DNA of 63,584 nt, the filler included, from Octopus bimaculoides (taxonomy: Eukaryota), in the NCBI RefSeq assembly GCF_001194135.2. It is 7 parts of 7 records of this genome, joined end to end, with 100 filler letters (N's around TTAATTAATTAA, not from the genome) between each part and the next. Parts side by side here need not be neighbours in the genome. Positions count along the whole stretch, not along the records: positions 1 to 15,004 come from NC_068991.1; 6 more parts are not named here. One strand, written 5' to 3'. Shown here piece by piece: positions 1 to 12,875 of this stretch. Under the pieces are notes generated by a model. The model did no database searches. It saw only the letters and a program-made list of their open reading frames with translations, and was not told the origin of the DNA. Made by a program: the position numbers and the translations under genes. The stretch's first letter is position 1, and the number at the start of each line of letters is the position of its first letter.

Positions 1-46
<46 letters not shown>
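1..46. repeat. (GT)n microsatellite
   Basis: Perfect GT dinucleotide run at the window start. Confidence 0.98.
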
Positions 47-48
<2 letters not shown>

Positions 49-597
49 TTTTTAATCAGAAGTTTCTCACCCCGGGTAAGACCCAGGTTAACTAAAGGGA
101 TATTCAAGATGACAATGCCTTATTTTTCACATACCACATACAACTTGATAATGTTGTTTGTTCATGTATTTTAACTTTCATCCTTAAAGTAATATTATAG
201 TTTAAGTAACGGTTCGCTCTTGCATATTACTATGTAGAATTTAGTAGGTTATGTGTTTCTGGAACACAGCAGCAACCACTATGCATAATTTCCCGAGGAG
301 AAATAACTCTCTATTTTGGCAATTGTAGTTATGTTTCCTGTGATTTCGTTTACAGAATGTCTGCACAGAATCTCGAGAAACATTCTGGAAATAAGTGTCA
401 ACAGAGTTATCTTCCGAGTTCCTGAAATTATCAATTATTTGAGGAAGTTTAACAACTGCAATGATTCTCCTAGTACCATGTCATACAGCACATGTTTACT
501 CTTAAAATGTGCCGATTATATAATTCGGAAGATGTGCGATGTGAGAAAACATTTTTGAATTAGGTTTAGGAGATGTAGGGAGTTATTGGAGTCCACA

Positions 598-1705
598 TTG
601 AAGAATTGCTTGGTGACCCAGGCTTTAACGTTTGCCAGGTTTTAACGTTTGCCCTGCAGCTTCTCCTTCGGAGTTTTGTGCGACTTGAACACTCGTGGGT
701 TTTCGTAATGGTAGTCAAAAAGCGGCTTAATCTTCAAGTCTCCATTCGCATTGGCACACAGATCGCGAGTTAGCCTATCTTTTATAGGCTTGTGGCTTGG
801 TATTTTCTTCTCCTCTGCAGTTATGTAGGTTCTTCTGAGTATTTTTTTCAAAAAAAAAGGCCAGTTTCATTACAGCTGAATATCTGTTGTGCGATGTACT
901 CCTCGGCTGCGATGAGCTGACGGAATTCATGCACGAAATCTTCAGCTGCCTTCGTATCAGAGCTCACTGCTTCGCCATGAACACCAGTCCTCTTCTTGAA
1001 ATGCGTCTGCTGATGTCTCCTCTGTCGATGTTCCAGGATTCTGCTGCAGGAGATCCCCATACAGCGCCCGTGCTCTCTCGCAAATGATAGTCTCCGTAAT
1101 TGTACCCCCTGCGACTTACTTCGTGTTGAACCACAGGAGAAGCAATTTTTCCATCCTTTAGTGGACAGATGTGCTTTGATAGAGAGTCTGGAGACACCTA
1201 TTGCTGTTGTAACGGCCTTGATCTCTTTTTTTCTTCAAGGTGGTGCAGATCCTCGACGTGCTTCGGTCGTATTGACGTGTTATGTCCACTACATGCATTC
1301 CTCTCTCATGTTTATTAATGATTTCCTTCTTCAATTCTATCGTAATCAGTTTGTTTTTTTCTTCCTTTCAGCACTGTCCTTTGCACTAGCCTTCTTAGGA
1401 CCCATGGCTAACACAACAAAATATTATAAAATAATAGCAAAAGATGCACAAAACTAAACAAAAACACTGGGGAAAACACAACATGGATGCTATCACAACG
1501 AGATAAATACGTGAACTGAGCGAGCGAAGACTGGTCTTGTTGGGAGAGTTTGTGGGAACTCAGCCCTGACTAGCGGTCGATTGTATAAAACTCGCTCGTA
1601 CTACAAATTTCTGCTCGTACTTCAAGACAAAAATTCGCATGAGCCTCGGCTCGTACAGCAATTTACTCGTACAATAGTGCACTCGTACTGAGCGCTGCTC
1701 TACTG
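598..1705 (-). mobile_element. Tigger/pogo-family DNA transposon, 3'-truncated, frameshifted transposase
   Basis: Minus strand reads from ATG at 1405: MGPKKASAKDSAERKKK...ITIELKKEII, then FKKRTGVHGEAVSSDTKAAEDF, QQIFSCNETGLF, RRTYITAEEKK..HKPIKDRLT..LCANANGDLKIKPL, ending ANVKAWVTKQFF near 600. These match TIGD1/Tigger motifs (NCDETG decayed). The terminus reads TA|CAGTAGAG at 1707-1698. An 18-bp internal tandem duplication lies at about 619-654. Confidence 0.92.
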
Positions 1706-1711
1706 TATATG

Positions 1712-1742
<31 letters not shown>

Positions 1743-2240
1743 NNNNNNNNNNNNNNNNNNNNNNNNNNNNNNNNNNNNNNNNNNNNNNNNNNNNNNNNNN
1801 NNNNNNNNNNNNNNNNNNNNNNNNNNNNNNNNNNNNNNNNNNNNNNNNNNNNNNNNNNNNNNNNNNNNNNNNNNNNNNNNNNNNNNNNNNNNNNNNNNNN
1901 NNNNNNNNNNNNNNNNNNNNNNNNNNNNNNNNNNNNNNNNNNNNNNNNNNNNNNNNNNNNNNNNNNNNNNNNNNNNNNNNNNNNNNNNNNNNNNNNNNNN
2001 NNNNNNNNNNNNNNNNNNNNNNNNNNNNNNNNNNNNNNNNNNNNNNNNTAATATATATACACATATAATATATATACATATACATATATATATGCGTGTG
2101 CTAACATACTATGAAGGGATAAGATATTAACATACTACGAACGGATAAAAAATTATTGTTTAACAGGTTTTCTGAGTGTTTGATCTCATGTCAGCATAAG
2201 TGCTTTTTTACTTTTAAATTTTTCTCAGTATAAAAATTGT

Positions 2241-2364
2241 TTTCTACCCTAGGCACAAGGCCCGAAATTTGGGGAGAGTGGGCCAGTCGATTAGATCGAC
2301 CCAGTACGCAACTGGTTCTTAATTTATCGACCTCGAAAGGATGAAAGGCAAAGTTGACCTCGGC
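2241..2364 (-). mobile_element. SINE family A fragment (core GCCTTTCATCCTTTCGxGGTCGATAAATTAAG)
   Basis: Matches the core and tail of the fuller copies at 32918 and 40957. Confidence 0.85.
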
Positions 2365-2673
2365 TCAGTATAATAGTTAATCTATACACTTTAAATTATC
2401 CTACCCTGCCAAATTTTGAACTCATCCTAGCTAAACATATAAATTTTATAAAATATTTTTGTAATTTTCATAGTAGTTGTACACTATGAATGTTTGTTCA
2501 ACAACATAGAATCCATTGTCAGTAAGCTGCATGTTTTTTTTATTGTTGCTACGTTTATTTAATTGTTTCGTGTTTTATAAACACTGTGTTTTGCTGCCTT
2601 GTGGCCTTGTGGCAGTTTTGTTGACGTTTTCCTCCTTATTTGACGGGAGAAGCGCAGTATAATTTGTATAAAA

Positions 2674-4790
2674 ATGGAATACGAAAATCTGAGTTTGTCA
2701 GAATTTACGACGTCCGAAGAAGAATTGCTGAGAGCAATTACTGTGAAGCACAAGAAGACGGAAGAAAAGATGGATTTTGCGACCGTGTCCAGAGGTCGCA
2801 AAAGTAATAAAAATTGTCAATCTAACTCACAAAGAACTAACAGCAAACCAAATCAATATACCCTCCAAAGGGCTCAAGTTTACACCCATAACAATCAAAG
2901 AGGCTGATAAAGGAGTGCAGTGGTCTTAATAAACTCTAGTACTAACCATATTAGAAGACACAACATATTATGAAAAGGCCCAATACTACAGTCAGCAGAA
3001 AATAGCGAGAGACCTAAAATCCGTGTTGAACCTATACAGAGAAGGGCTCACCGATAAAGAATATTACTATATGACCAATTTCAAAAGTAAAACCAGTCAA
3101 TTTTGTGAGAAAATAAGTAACGCATGCAGGATAACCACAGACATAATAATCAAAGTCCCTACTCCTAATGACCTCAAATTGAGACCTAAAATAGCAGGTC
3201 CCGCATGCGAAAACCACCGCCTCAGTAACTATTTAGATACCCTCTTAAAACCATTCCCCAAGCATATCAAAAGTTACATAAGGGACGACCTGGATATGCT
3301 CAATCACCTTCCTGAAACAATAAACAAAAACACTCTACTAGTATCCTTCGATGTAGTCAACCTCTATTCCAATATCCCCCACAACCTAAGAATAGAGGCA
3401 ATTCAATTCTGGCTAGAGAATTACGCCAACGAACTCCCACATCACATCAAAAAAGAATTCGTGATAGAAGGGCTAAAATTAATCTTGGAGAATAACTACT
3501 TCATCTTCAAAGAAAACTTCTATCGACAAAAATTGGGGACTGCGATGGGTACGAGAATAGCCCGCTCCTTTGCTAACCTAGTCATGGGATATCTAGAAAT
3601 TAGGCTTTATCGTAAGGTTCTAGAAAAATACGGCAGCCCATTCTCCCTCTACATAGAAAATAACTGGAAGAGACACCTAGATGACTGTTTCATTCTTTGG
3701 CATGAAAGTATAGGGAGACTTAAAGAATTTCAAGCACTTATAAATGGACTTGACGTAAACATTCAATTCACGATGGATTATAACCATCAACAACTTCCCT
3801 TCCTCGACATCCTCATTAAGAAACCTAACAACGTAATAGAAACAGATATATACTATAAGCCCACGGACTCCAAGCAATATCTACCGTTCAACTCATGCCA
3901 CCCCAGACACACCAGAATGAATATCTCCTTCAACCTAGCAATAAGGATATGTACTATAGTTTCTAATGCAAGTACCAGGGACACACGACTACATGAACTA
4001 AAGGATACACTCATCACCAGGGACTACCCACCTTCACTAAATGGCATATGCTTTCAACGTGCCCTACAACTCAACATCCACGAACTCAGACATCCCAAAT
4101 TAAAGAAGGATTTACAACCAAAAGCCCTACCATACATCTCCACACACAACCCTGTTAAGAATGAAGCCTTCGACACCATCCTTCAAAACATTCCCCTGCT
4201 AAAAAAGAACGACAGAATGAACTTAATCCTCCAAACACACACCATCATGAAAAGTAAGAGACAGCCCAAATCTATGAAAAGTCTCCCAACACAAGTCCAA
4301 ATACGTTCAATACTGAAGCCGTCAGTAAAAAGAAAAATGCGGAAGACCCAACTGTGGGATATGCATCAATTTAATTGAGGGATCAGAGTTCTCCTTCAAA
4401 CAGGGACAACGTTTCACAGTGAAAAGCAGCTTCACATGTGCTTCAGAGAACCTGATATAAGCACTAACCTGATCTGGGTGTCAAGAGCAATACATAAGCC
4501 AAACAAAAGACAGTCTACTTCAAAAGATGGCTCTGCACAGATCCCGGATCAAAATTCAAAAAAACAGAAAAATAGCATTCAGCCAACACATCGACATTTG
4601 CGCCAATAACAAAAATCCAAGCTTCAGAATGTTTCCCCTCTATCAATTCAGGGACGATACAACCTGTAGCCAACGAATTAGTAAAGAGTCGTTCTTTATC
4701 ACAAAATACAGACCCCTTTTGAACGCATCTACAACAAATGACATATTCACTACGACCTTAGAATAACACACACACAAAAATTCATTAAAA
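2674..4790 (+). mobile_element. Penelope-like retroelement 1 (RT + GIY-YIG), decayed
   Basis: N-terminal IVNLTHKEL...KGLKFTP at about 2813-2890. ORF 3023-4378 carries RT motifs LVSFDVVNLYSNIP, YRQKLGTAMGT and KRHLDDCF (HLDD in place of YLDD), plus DIYYKPTDSKQYLPFNSCHP. After a frameshift come CGRPNCGIC, FTCASENLI and QYISQT (GIY-YIG), and ORF 4527-4766. Compared with PLE 2 it lacks the segment between KFTP and IIKEADKG and the YGLPKIHK motif. Confidence 0.93.
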
Positions 4791-5111
4791 ACAGTCCCAA
4801 TTACTGCTATAATCCACAACGAGCCACTTTTAGGTCACTTGACCATTTAACATCCTACTACTATCATACCATCCTGCATTCTTTTATTATTCTTTCTCTT
4901 CTTCTCCTTCTTCTTCTTCGTCTTCTTCCTTTCCGCCACCTTCTTCCTTACTTTACTACTACTGCTGTTTAGAATAACACCTACGCAAATATTATAAACA
5001 ATACATTCAAAAGAGATATCTCAAAATTTCAATCACTACTACCATCCACAACAAGTCATTTTCAGGGTACTTGACCATTTAACACCTTACTACTATCATA
5101 GCACTCCCGCA

Positions 5112-5119
5112 TTCTTCTT

Positions 5120-5188
<69 letters not shown>
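5112..5188. repeat. Compound (TTC)n(TTA)n microsatellite running into a gap
   Basis: Direct reading. Confidence 0.95.
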
Positions 5189-5780
5189 NNNNNNNNNNNN
5201 NNNNNNNNNNNNNNNNNNNNNNNNNNNNNNNNNNNNNNNNNNNNNNNNNNNNNNNNNNNNNNNNNNNNNNNNNNNNNNNNNNNNNNNNNNNNNNNNNNNN
5301 NNNNNNNNNNNNNNNNNNNNNNNNNNNNNNNNNNNNNNNNNNNNNNNNNNNNNNNNNNNNNNNNNNNNNNNNNNNNNNNNNNNNNNNNNNNNNNNNNNNN
5401 NNNNNNNNNNNNNNNNNNNNNNNNNNNNNNNNNNNNNNNNNNNNNNNNNNNNNNNNNNNNNNNNNNNNNNNNNNNNNNNNNNNNNNNNNNNNNNNNNNNN
5501 NNNNNNNNNNNNNNNNNNNNNNNNNNNNNNNNNNNNNNNNNNNNNNNNNNNNNNNNNNNNNNNNNNNNNNNNNNNNNNNNNNNNNNNNNNNNNNNNNNNN
5601 NNNNNNNNNNNNNNNNNNNNNNNNNNNNNNNNNNNNNNNNNNNNNNNNNNNNNNNNNNNNNNNNNNNNNNNNNNNNNNNNNNNNNNNNNNNNNNNNNNNN
5701 NNNNNNATATATATATATATATATATATGTATGTATATGTACACACACACACATTTATGTATGTATATATATATACATGC

Positions 5781-5818
<38 letters not shown>

Positions 5819-7562
5819 ATGTATGTATGTATGTATGTATGTGTGTGTGTTGTAATTTAAGTGTGATTGGATCAACTGGGACCCCTGTCGTCGTAACCGA
5901 CGGAGTGCCAGTTGTATATGTGTGTGTGTATGTGTCTGTATTTAAGCATTTATATATTAGAACATAGAGTGACATGTCTACATACACAGACGCACAGGCA
6001 TACATACACATACACACATACATACATATATTGTGTGTGTATGTATGTATGTATGTATGTATGTATGTATGCATGCATGCATGCATGCATGTATGCATGT
6101 ATGTATGTATGTATGTATATATGTATGTATGTGTAACCCTATGCAAGAAACATGGGAAATTGTTATGTGCACGTGATTTCCCCCAAACCATTATCGATGT
6201 GAGCAAATTCCATTCCACAGAAACTCAAAGAACTCTAGCAGATTCGCTTCGCCAAAGGCCACCACCATTTTACTCCACGGCGTTTGTTACAAAATATGTC
6301 ATTTTTTATCTGAAAACACTTATATGTTTCTTCCTTCTCACTTTAGTATATTTTCTCATTATTCATTTTTATTATAATATATGCATTATTTTCCATCAAT
6401 TTCGTCTTTATTATTTATGTTTTTATTCTATTTTTTTATATTTGATAGAAGTCATTTTTATATGAACCCAGCTAAAAGCAACTGAATCTTACATTAATAA
6501 AAAATGAATGAATAAATAAAAGCAAGGTGCGAAGAACCCCGGACTCATGAAAAACATGGAAATCTCTGTAGATTTCCATTATCTTTTGATATATGTTTAC
6601 AATTACAATACCACTTTGGCCATTCAGAAAAACATGAAAGCATTAAAATAGAAATTCGGCAGGTCTTTAATAATAATGGTGGAAGAAATTTCAAACAGAG
6701 CGGAAGGTAAGGAAGAAGTGTTAATGTTGAGAAGTAGTCAATAATGAAGTTGAATATCTCCTGAAAACCATGAAGATATCGTTGAAATATCTAGGGACAA
6801 CAACAAAAAGCAAAGCACACACTCGGACCACACATTTATACACTTATACATGTTCATACGCACATGCAAATACACAGAGAAACGCACACATTTACACACG
6901 CGGTGATGCAAATATATAAATATACATAGATGCATATATACACTCATTCGCATGCATACACCTACACACATACACATACAAACAGGGCAGCTACAGTGAA
7001 AATTCTCACCGAAAGCGGACACAGATGTAATATGTCATCTGGACTACATTTTTACACTCTCCATGACGTCATTAAGTTGACCGGTATAAGATTCTGTATT
7101 TCCGGTCACATGCATGCTAGATAGAAACCTCCAATTTATCTGAAATATCAAAACTAGCTACATACACACACGTGCATGCATACATGCTCACATATATGCA
7201 CATACATACACGTACGCACACATACATATATATATGCACAGACACACATAAACACATGCATTCATAAACTCGTGCACAAATACACACGCATAGTCATGTA
7301 CATACATACTTACACATGCACACACGCATACATTTGTATATACAAACCCACATGCATCTACACATACATGCATCTATACACAAACATATACGCACACAAG
7401 CATACACATGCACCTAGTACAGAAGTGCTCGTTGGTCTTCTATTTGTGATGTGACTAAATCAAGTTGATATTTAGATGAAACTAAAACCAATACGATAAT
7501 AGAGTTGCTACTCGAAAATAAGATTTTTTTATTATTCCGTGAAATTTTCACAAATAGACGAC

Positions 7563-7842
7563 GTGCTGTCGTCGGTTACGACGTCAGAACGTCATCCAGT
7601 TGACCCGATCAACGGAACAGCCTGCTCGTGAAATTAACTTGCAAGTTGCTGAGCACTCCACAGACACGCATATCCTTAACATACTTATCAGGCAGATTCA
7701 ACGTGACACACTGATTGTGAAAGGCTGACCCATTGAACTAGAAGTACAACTCATTGTTACCAGCTGAGTGGATTGAAGCAACGTGAAATGAAGTGTCTTG
7801 CATATGAACAGAACGCGCCGCCAGAAATCGAACTCACGACCG
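7563..7842 (-). mobile_element. SINE family D, diverged copy
   Basis: Reverse complement shows the CACTTCATTTCACGTTGC..CCACTCAGCTGG core and the GCAGGCTGTTCCGTTGATCGG..CAACTGGA tail shared with other copies. Confidence 0.8.
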
Positions 7843-8576
7843 TTAGTACTTAAATGACTATCAGATCCGATTATTCATCAGCATAGTCACTGCCATCACA
7901 TTTTTCATTANNNNNNNNNNNNNNNNNNNNNNNACAATATCACTGTTGCTGACTACCATTACTGTTCACTTTCTAAATCTTGTGTCAAGATAAATTTACA
8001 CATTTCCCCTTTTTAGTTTTTCTTCATATAGCAGATTGTTCACCTTCCCCATATGTGCAACAATAAGCTGGGAATCATCGAGTAGATCTCTAACTTTATT
8101 TCACTGTACCCACAAACACCTTGTGTCTTTTTTCTCACGGTGCAGCATTAAACAAAACTTTTCCTTGAGTACTGTTTTGGTTGGTGACTTTACGTGTAGA
8201 CCTAAGTGTCTCTAAGCTCCCGTATTATTTTGACTTTTCCGGCCATATTCAAATTCAGTTTTTTTTGTTTTTTTTTTTTCTTGTATGTTCACAAAAAATA
8301 CAGGTTTATATGTATATCGGCATCAGTTTATGTGTGTGTGTGTGTGTACATATTTTAATGTACTCACATGTTCATTAAGACATGTTCATAAGCATATATG
8401 CAGATTTATGTATTTCTCCAAATACAATGTTTCTATACTCAAAATTTTATAACATTTTTCTAACATAACAATTTAAATATATACTTTAACCATGTAACAC
8501 AAGCCTTCTGTAGTTTTTTCACTCTTGTTTATCTTTTATACATCCAACCACGTGCTTTCACATACCAACTTTCTCA

Positions 8577-8614
<38 letters not shown>

Positions 8615-9081
8615 CTACCCTATGAGTATATGTGCGTGTGCGTGTGTCTGTGTACGCATGTAGTTATGCAACCATGAATGTATATATATATAATAGAAAT
8701 ATTTTACAAAAACGAAATAGAAACTACACGTGGAAATGTAAGGGGAAAGTAAGAAGAAAATGCACACTGGAAATCAAAAAAAGTAAAGGCTTTTTATGAA
8801 AAGTAACGATAGATATATACAATTAGATGAACTGAGGTAGGAATAAAAGTAATAAAAGTCATTATCGTGAATTGTTAAAGAGATTCAAAAGCATACCGGT
8901 TTTTTAATGTTACTAATCATTGCTTTGGATGCACACCGAATACTGAACGGTGTCAGGTCTACTAGTCCCTGAGTAAAAAGATTATGTGTAAGGGAGGTAA
9001 GTAGTTCTGGATTTGGTGCAATTAGGGTAGATCTAGATCTGTAATGTGAATGATGTATGGGATGTATAGGGGTTAGTGGTA

Positions 9082-11330
9082 TTAAATGAAAGGTTAGTAG
9101 TGTTCTGTATTATGTTCATATTTAGTTGTGGAAGATATTTATTGATGAAAGTTGCCTCTTTATTCATTATTTGTTGTATTGAGGTGTTCTGGGAACATTG
9201 ATAGAAGGGAAAAATTAGGAAATTAGGATTAAGATTCCTTGCACACCTTCCTATGTGTTCACTGACCTGTATCTGCCTGTATTGTAGGTGGCGGATTTGT
9301 TCTTTGTGGAGAGTGGTTCTTCTACGGAGTGATATTCCTGTTTGGCCAATATAACTATTACCACTCCCTAAGCATGTAATGGCATAGATTAGATTAGATT
9401 TTCCGAGGCACAGGTGAAATTTGATTTAATCTTAAATATTTCACCTAGTTTAAAGTGGAACTCTGAACCCTCCAAAAGGTGGGGGCAAGTACCACAGTTA
9501 GGTCGACCACATTTTTCACTTTCGGTTCTGTTGTTAATGGATATAGTCTTACGCTGGTTAATATTTTTTCAATGATTTAGGTTGCATTTTACTTTTGATA
9601 ATTTTGTGTGAGCCTAAAATTTTGTTCATTGTGAGGATGGGTAGATTTTAGATGATAATGTTAAAGGCTTCGTTGTTTCTAGGGTTATGTGTGGAGATGT
9701 ATGGGAGTATTTTTAAATTTGGTTTAGTATTTCGGCTGACTTCTCTTAATGTTCGTATGTCTATTTCCTTAGCTCGTTTAATTCCATCATTTATTAATGA
9801 TATTGGGTAATGTCTTTTGATTAGTATTGATCTGAGTTCAAGGAGTCTTCGTTCACGAGTATAGGTGTCCGAAACTATAGTACAGATTCTTTTCGCTAGA
9901 TTATAAGGTATATTAATTTTTATGTGTTTGGGGTGGCATAAGTTGAATAATAGGTATTGTTTAGAATCTGTGAGTTTATAGAAGTTGTCTGTTTCGATGT
10001 GGTTGTTGACTATTTTAATTAGGATGTCAAGAAAAAGGAGTTGTTTACTGCTGTGTTCCATGGTTAATTGTATGTTGCTATTGATATCGTTAAGCATTAT
10101 TTTGAAATTGAGGAGTTTGTCCATGCTGTCTTTCCAAAGTATAAAGCAATCGTCCAGATACCTCTTCCAGTTCTCCTTTAAATAGCAATGAAAAGAGGTG
10201 CCATATTTTTGTAGTGATGATTGATATATTTTAACCCATTACAAGGTTCGCAATCACTGGAGCAACTCGGGTTCCCATTGCAATTTCACATTTTTGTCGA
10301 TAGTAAACTGTATCGAACAGTAGGATGAATTTGAGTGCTGCGATTATGAATCTGTGGTTGATGCTTCCTGGGATCTCTTGTGGGTATTTTTCTAGCCAGA
10401 AGGTGATCGCTTCTATACCATAATTTGGGATATTGGTGTACAAATTCACCACATCGAATGATACTAACAGGGTTTCTTCATTTATTGTCTTCGGGAGGTG
10501 GTTAAGCATGTCTAAGTCATCCATGATGAAGCTTTTCACATATTTTAGAAACGGTTTGAGTAAGATGTCGAGGAAGTTGCACAAGCGGTGGTTTTCGCAA
10601 GCAGAGCCAACAATGATGGGTCTGAGTTTGAGGTCAGTAGGAGGGGGAACATTAATGCATAGGCTTGGAGAAACTTTGAAAGCTTTACAAATATGTGGAT
10701 TTTTGTGTATTTTAGGTAATCCGTAGAATAGACTACGTCTGTATTTAAAATTGGATAGTCAATTTCCTGTTTAGTGAGGCCCTTTCCATGTATTTGAAGT
10801 AAAGAGGATAAGTTTTTAAGTGTCTTCTGTGGGTTGTATTGTACTATCATCTCATAGTAAATATTATTTTCCAATATGGAGAGTATTAACTTTTTGTAGT
10901 ACACCACTTCCGCACTTCCTTTGTCGGTTTCTTTAATGATAAGGTTTATATCATTTTTTAACTCGATTAGGTCTTTCCATTCATTTACATTAAGGTTGGA
11001 TTTAATTCGTTGTTTTTGTAGGGTATTAAAAGGAAAACTGGTAATGTGTTCACAAAAAGCATCAACTGCTTTATTTCTGCCTTTTGTAGGACAGTATTCA
11101 CTTTTGTTTTTTACTATTGACTCATCTTCGCTGGTGTAGTTGTGAAGTGCTGCTGTGAGGCGTAATTTTCGGCAGAAATCCATAGTGTTATCCTAAATTT
11201 CATTTGGGTTCGCTCCGCGAGGGGTTGGAGTAAACTTTAAGCCTCTTGCTAGAATTTTAGTTTGTGTAATACTTAGGATTTTCTTTGATAAGTTGATTAT
11301 GTTCGGTTGTTCTTGTACATTTTGTTCCAT
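9082..11330 (-). mobile_element. Penelope-like retroelement 2 (RT + GIY-YIG), near full-length ORF, frameshifted
   Basis: ATG at 11330: MEQNVQEQPNIINLSKKILSITQTKILARGLKFTPTP. Then ORFs 10545-11183, 10231-10584 (LVSFDVVNLYTNIP, YRQKCEIAMGT) and 9648-10124 (YKLTDSKQYLLFNLCHP), FYGLPKIHK in an alternative frame near 10700-10740, CGRPNCGTCP near 9480-9510, and GIY-YIG YAITCLGSGNSYIGQT near 9330-9390. Confidence 0.93.
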
Positions 11331-11418
11331 TTCACAACTCAGTTTCTCTGATTTAGGTCTAAAAAATCGTTATAGTAGGTGGATTGTTGTGGAAAGTCTG
11401 TATTGTGTTTGGTTTGGT

Positions 11419-12245
11419 CTGTTGTAATAGTAACAAAGCTAAAACACGCAGAGTCAAGCCACTTGGAACAGATTGGCCTCGCACTTTGCTGTGCATGTGT
11501 ACTACGTTTAACGTCCTAGCTCACTCCCGCTGTTTACAGCAGTGCTTGGAAGGAAAGTGTGTAGTGTGTGATCGTCGCATTGACCTTGACAGAGAAAGTT
11601 GTCGAGAACGATGAAACCTTTTTGAAAACGATCATAACGGGTAATGAACCGTGGGTCTATGGCTATGACCCCGAAACAAAGGCTCAGTCTTCGTAGTGGA
11701 AGACCCCCAACCTCTCCGAGACCGGAGAAAGAACGAATAAGTCGAAGCAATGTGAAGACACTGTTGACCGTTTTCTTCGACTACAAGGGGCTTGTTCATC
11801 TTGAGTGTGCTCCACCTGGTCAGAGAGTAAACAAAGAGTACTACTGCGACGCTTTGTGGCGTTTGCGGGATGTTGTCGGAAAAGGCCACAATTGCATGCG
11901 TCCGATGAGTGCCAATTGCACCCTGAAAACGCATCTGCCCATTCAGTGCAGCTTGTGCAGGAGTTTTTGGCTAGGCACAGCATTCCCCAACTCCGACAGC
12001 TACCGTATTCCCCCAGATCTTGCCCCTTGCGACTTATCCTCTTTCCAAAAATCAAATGCAACGAAGTAGCTGCTGATTATCCCAGAAAACAAGTTCCATG
12101 AATGCTTCCATCGATGGAAACAGCGCTGGATTAAGTGTATGGCTTCCGAAGGAGACTACTTTGAAAGAGATTAAATGCAAAATTAGTACATGTTGTAGTT
12201 TTGTATTTATAGCACCAGTCCGAATACTTATTGATCAGATCTCGT
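11419..12245 (+). mobile_element. Mariner (DD34D-type) transposon, internally deleted, 5' TIR missing
   Basis: Decayed motifs KTIITGNEPWVYGYDPETKAQSS, TVFFDYKGLVH, YSPDLAPCD and HRWKQRWIKCMASEGDYFE. A 3' TIR-like AGTCCGAATACTTATTGATCAGATCTCG lies at 12217-12244. After the presumed start (now TTG ACA GAG AAA GTT) the sequence jumps to ENDETFL, so the HTH region is deleted. Confidence 0.9.
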
Positions 12246-12470
12246 CTTTGAACTGGTAATACATCACACCTTAGCGCTTTCATTCTGCATTTTACTTACA
12301 GTGAGACTCCGTCTAGTGCAACTAGTCATAGTACGATGACAGGAATATAATAAAAGAGACCTAATGAGTCATGGAAACAAACGAAATGAAAGAATTAGTA
12401 AATAAATAATTATCCAAAATACTGACTACCTCCTTTTTCTTTATATATAGATAGAGAGAGAGAGGGGGGA

Positions 12471-12660
12471 ATGAAGGCGTGTGGCCCAGGGGTTAGGGTG
12501 TTGGGCTATCAATCGGTCGTGGGTTTGAATCAGTTACCATGTTCTGTCCTTGATCGAAGTACGTCATTTCATTTTGAAAATGAGGAGCAGCCAGGTGCTG
12601 CCGCAACCTTCTCTACCACTAGTTGTTAAATTCCTCTGGGTCACGGATGAAAAGTCTGTG
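12471..12660 (+). mobile_element. tRNA-derived SINE (family D-like head), diverged
   Basis: GGCGTGTGGCCCAGGGGTTAGGGTG A-box-like head and GGTTTGAATC B-box-like motif. Confidence 0.65.
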
Positions 12661-12772
12661 ACAGTCTGCTCTCGGCTTCAGTGACATCTAAAACAACCAG
12701 CGAAATTGTTGTACAATCTAGCAGGTCATATTTGCTTGCGTATAACGATGAAGCATGCACAAATACACGCAC

Positions 12773-12875
<103 letters not shown>

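Noticed and set aside
1663-2130. Long ORFs with X runs here and at 5062-6218, 26026-27016, 34593-35423, 36320-36935, 44568-45320, 47958-49167 and 56392-58415
   Set aside because: They are open only because N gaps and (TA)n/(TG)n tracts contain no stop codons.
5912-7454. YI/HT/CV/MYVC-rich ORFs here and throughout the window
   Set aside because: Translations of di- and tetranucleotide microsatellites.
8894-8970. Possible 72-nt minus-strand exon GLVDLTPFSIRCASKAMISNIKKP with good AG/GT sites, phase 0
   Set aside because: The phase fits the last exon, but the peptide cannot follow EISWE in an FN3 fold and it lies next to the PLE 2 3' region. Unsupported without RNA data.
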